Source: an uncultured archaeon (lineage in GTDB: Archaea > Micrarchaeota > Micrarchaeia > Micrarchaeales > CABMGC01). Taken from it: a DNA stretch of 32,000 nucleotides. The DNA lies in assembly GCA_963704435.1 (NCBI GenBank), contig OY969902.1:270001-302000 (forward strand), in the 5' to 3' direction. The number at the start of each line of letters is the position of its first letter. Position 1 is the stretch's first letter. A model generated the notes under the pieces. The model was not told the DNA's origin. It saw only the letters and a list, made by a program, of their open reading frames with translations, and ran no database searches. This document shows positions 31,270 to 32,000 of the stretch, piece after piece. The translations under genes were made by a program, and so were the position numbers.

Positions 31270-31878
31270 ATGTCTAATTCGACCACCATCAAGACATATG
31301 ACCTTGCGGCGGAATGGTACGCCGAAAACCACTGGAACATGGGGAAACGGTTTGAAAGATATTACGGCGAAGTGCTTAAAATCCTGAAAAAAGGCTCCTT
31401 GATACTTGATGCGGGGTGCGGCCCTGGAAGGGATGTTTTGTATTTTCTCAATAAAGGGTACAGAGTAATCGGAGTGGATGCGTCTGAGGGCATGATCAGG
31501 GAAGCGAAAAAAAGAGCGCCTGAGGGGACCTTCCTGAAGATGGATATTGAAAAGCTCAGATTTGAAAAGAATACCTTTGATTGCGTGTGGGCTTGCGCAA
31601 GCGTATTGCATGTGCGCAAATCGGGAATCGCGAAAGTGCTCAAGGGATTCAAGAAAGTGCTAAAAAGAGAGGGCATCTTGTTTATTACCGTGAAGAAGGG
31701 AATTGGGGAGAAGATTAAAATCTATCCCAATGGAACGAAAAGATTCTTTGCATATTACGCTAAAGGGGAATTGGAAGGGCTCCTGAGAAATGCTGGATTC
31801 AGAAAAATCAGGGGTTATCTGGATAAGGATGAGAATGGGGATGTTTGGATAAATTATTTGGGTCGGAAGGAAAAGTGA
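31270..31878 (+). CDS. Class I SAM-dependent methyltransferase
   Basis: 202 aa. Motif I ILDAGCGPGRD, post-I VIGVDASEGM, motif II/III FDCVWACASVLHV. Confidence 0.8.
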   Translation: MSNSTTIKTYDLAAEWYAENHWNMGKRFERYYGEVLKILKKGSLILDAGCGPGRDVLYFLNKGYRVIGVDASEGMIREAKKRAPEGTFLKMDIEKLRFEKNTFDCVWACASVLHVRKSGIAKVLKGFKKVLKREGILFITVKKGIGEKIKIYPNGTKRFFAYYAKGELEGLLRNAGFRKIRGYLDKDENGDVWINYLGRKEK

Positions 31879-31891
31879 AGGAGATGTTTGT

Positions 31892-32000
31892 ATGCTCGTA
31901 ATCGGGATAGAAAGCACAGCCCACACGTTCGGGGTCGGCGTAGTCTCAGGAGGCCGCATGCTCGCTAACGAGAAGGCGATGTATGACGTAGGGAAGAGGG
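31892..32000 (+). CDS. kae1: Kae1/TsaD-family tRNA t6A threonylcarbamoyltransferase, N-terminal fragment (continues beyond window)
   Basis: MLVIGIESTAHTFGVGVVSGGRMLANEKAMYDVGKR matches the Kae1 N-terminus (GIEGTAHT.G.G.V). Confidence 0.7.
   Translation, partial: MLVIGIESTAHTFGVGVVSGGRMLANEKAMYDVGKR

Overview
Archaeal chromosomal window. Archaea-type genes include ribosomal protein L10e/uL16, Dph2, Kae1, an Nre-family repair protein and class III signal-peptide pilins, with TATA-like promoters and oligo-T terminators. The QSAMEYLMTYGW pilin N-termini recall DPANN/Thermoplasmata-type genomes, but lineage cannot be proven from this sequence. Layout: (i) 1-7.5 kb is a visibly AT-rich defence-type island. 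It holds a retropepsin-like protease, a vsr-dcm-GHKL ATPase module, an orphan RHH gene, an IS4/IS5-type transposase, a beta-class SPPY DNA methyltransferase with a convergent candidate PD-(D/E)XK nuclease, and an orphan gene framed by a repeated 14-nt motif. (ii) 7.6-12.3 kb is GC-rich housekeeping: DEAD-box helicase, two NUDIX hydrolases, tRNA-Pro(CGG), an M24 Xaa-Pro peptidase and the Nre-family protein. (iii) 12.3-23.5 kb is an accessory island. Two AbiEi/AbiEii pairs and an AbrB-RelE pair bracket a tightly coupled nine-gene minus-strand operon (13888-21078). The operon encodes a VirB2-like hairpin protein, a VirB6-like polytopic protein, a split VirB3/VirB4-like ATPase, four uncharacterised proteins and a second HerA/FtsK-type ATPase. 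(iv) 23.5-32 kb is housekeeping (CYTH, SOD, L10e, Dph2, translin-like, TrpRS, SAM methyltransferase, start of Kae1) interleaved with three type IV pilin-like genes, one carrying a LamG domain. The main candidate for an undescribed system is the T4SS/Ced/Ted-like operon, which has no relaxase or integrase. A paired operator motif links it to the neighbouring toxin-antitoxin promoter, and a decayed duplicate of the CYTH gene 5' end lies at the island's right edge. All family calls come from motif reading by eye; no database search was run.
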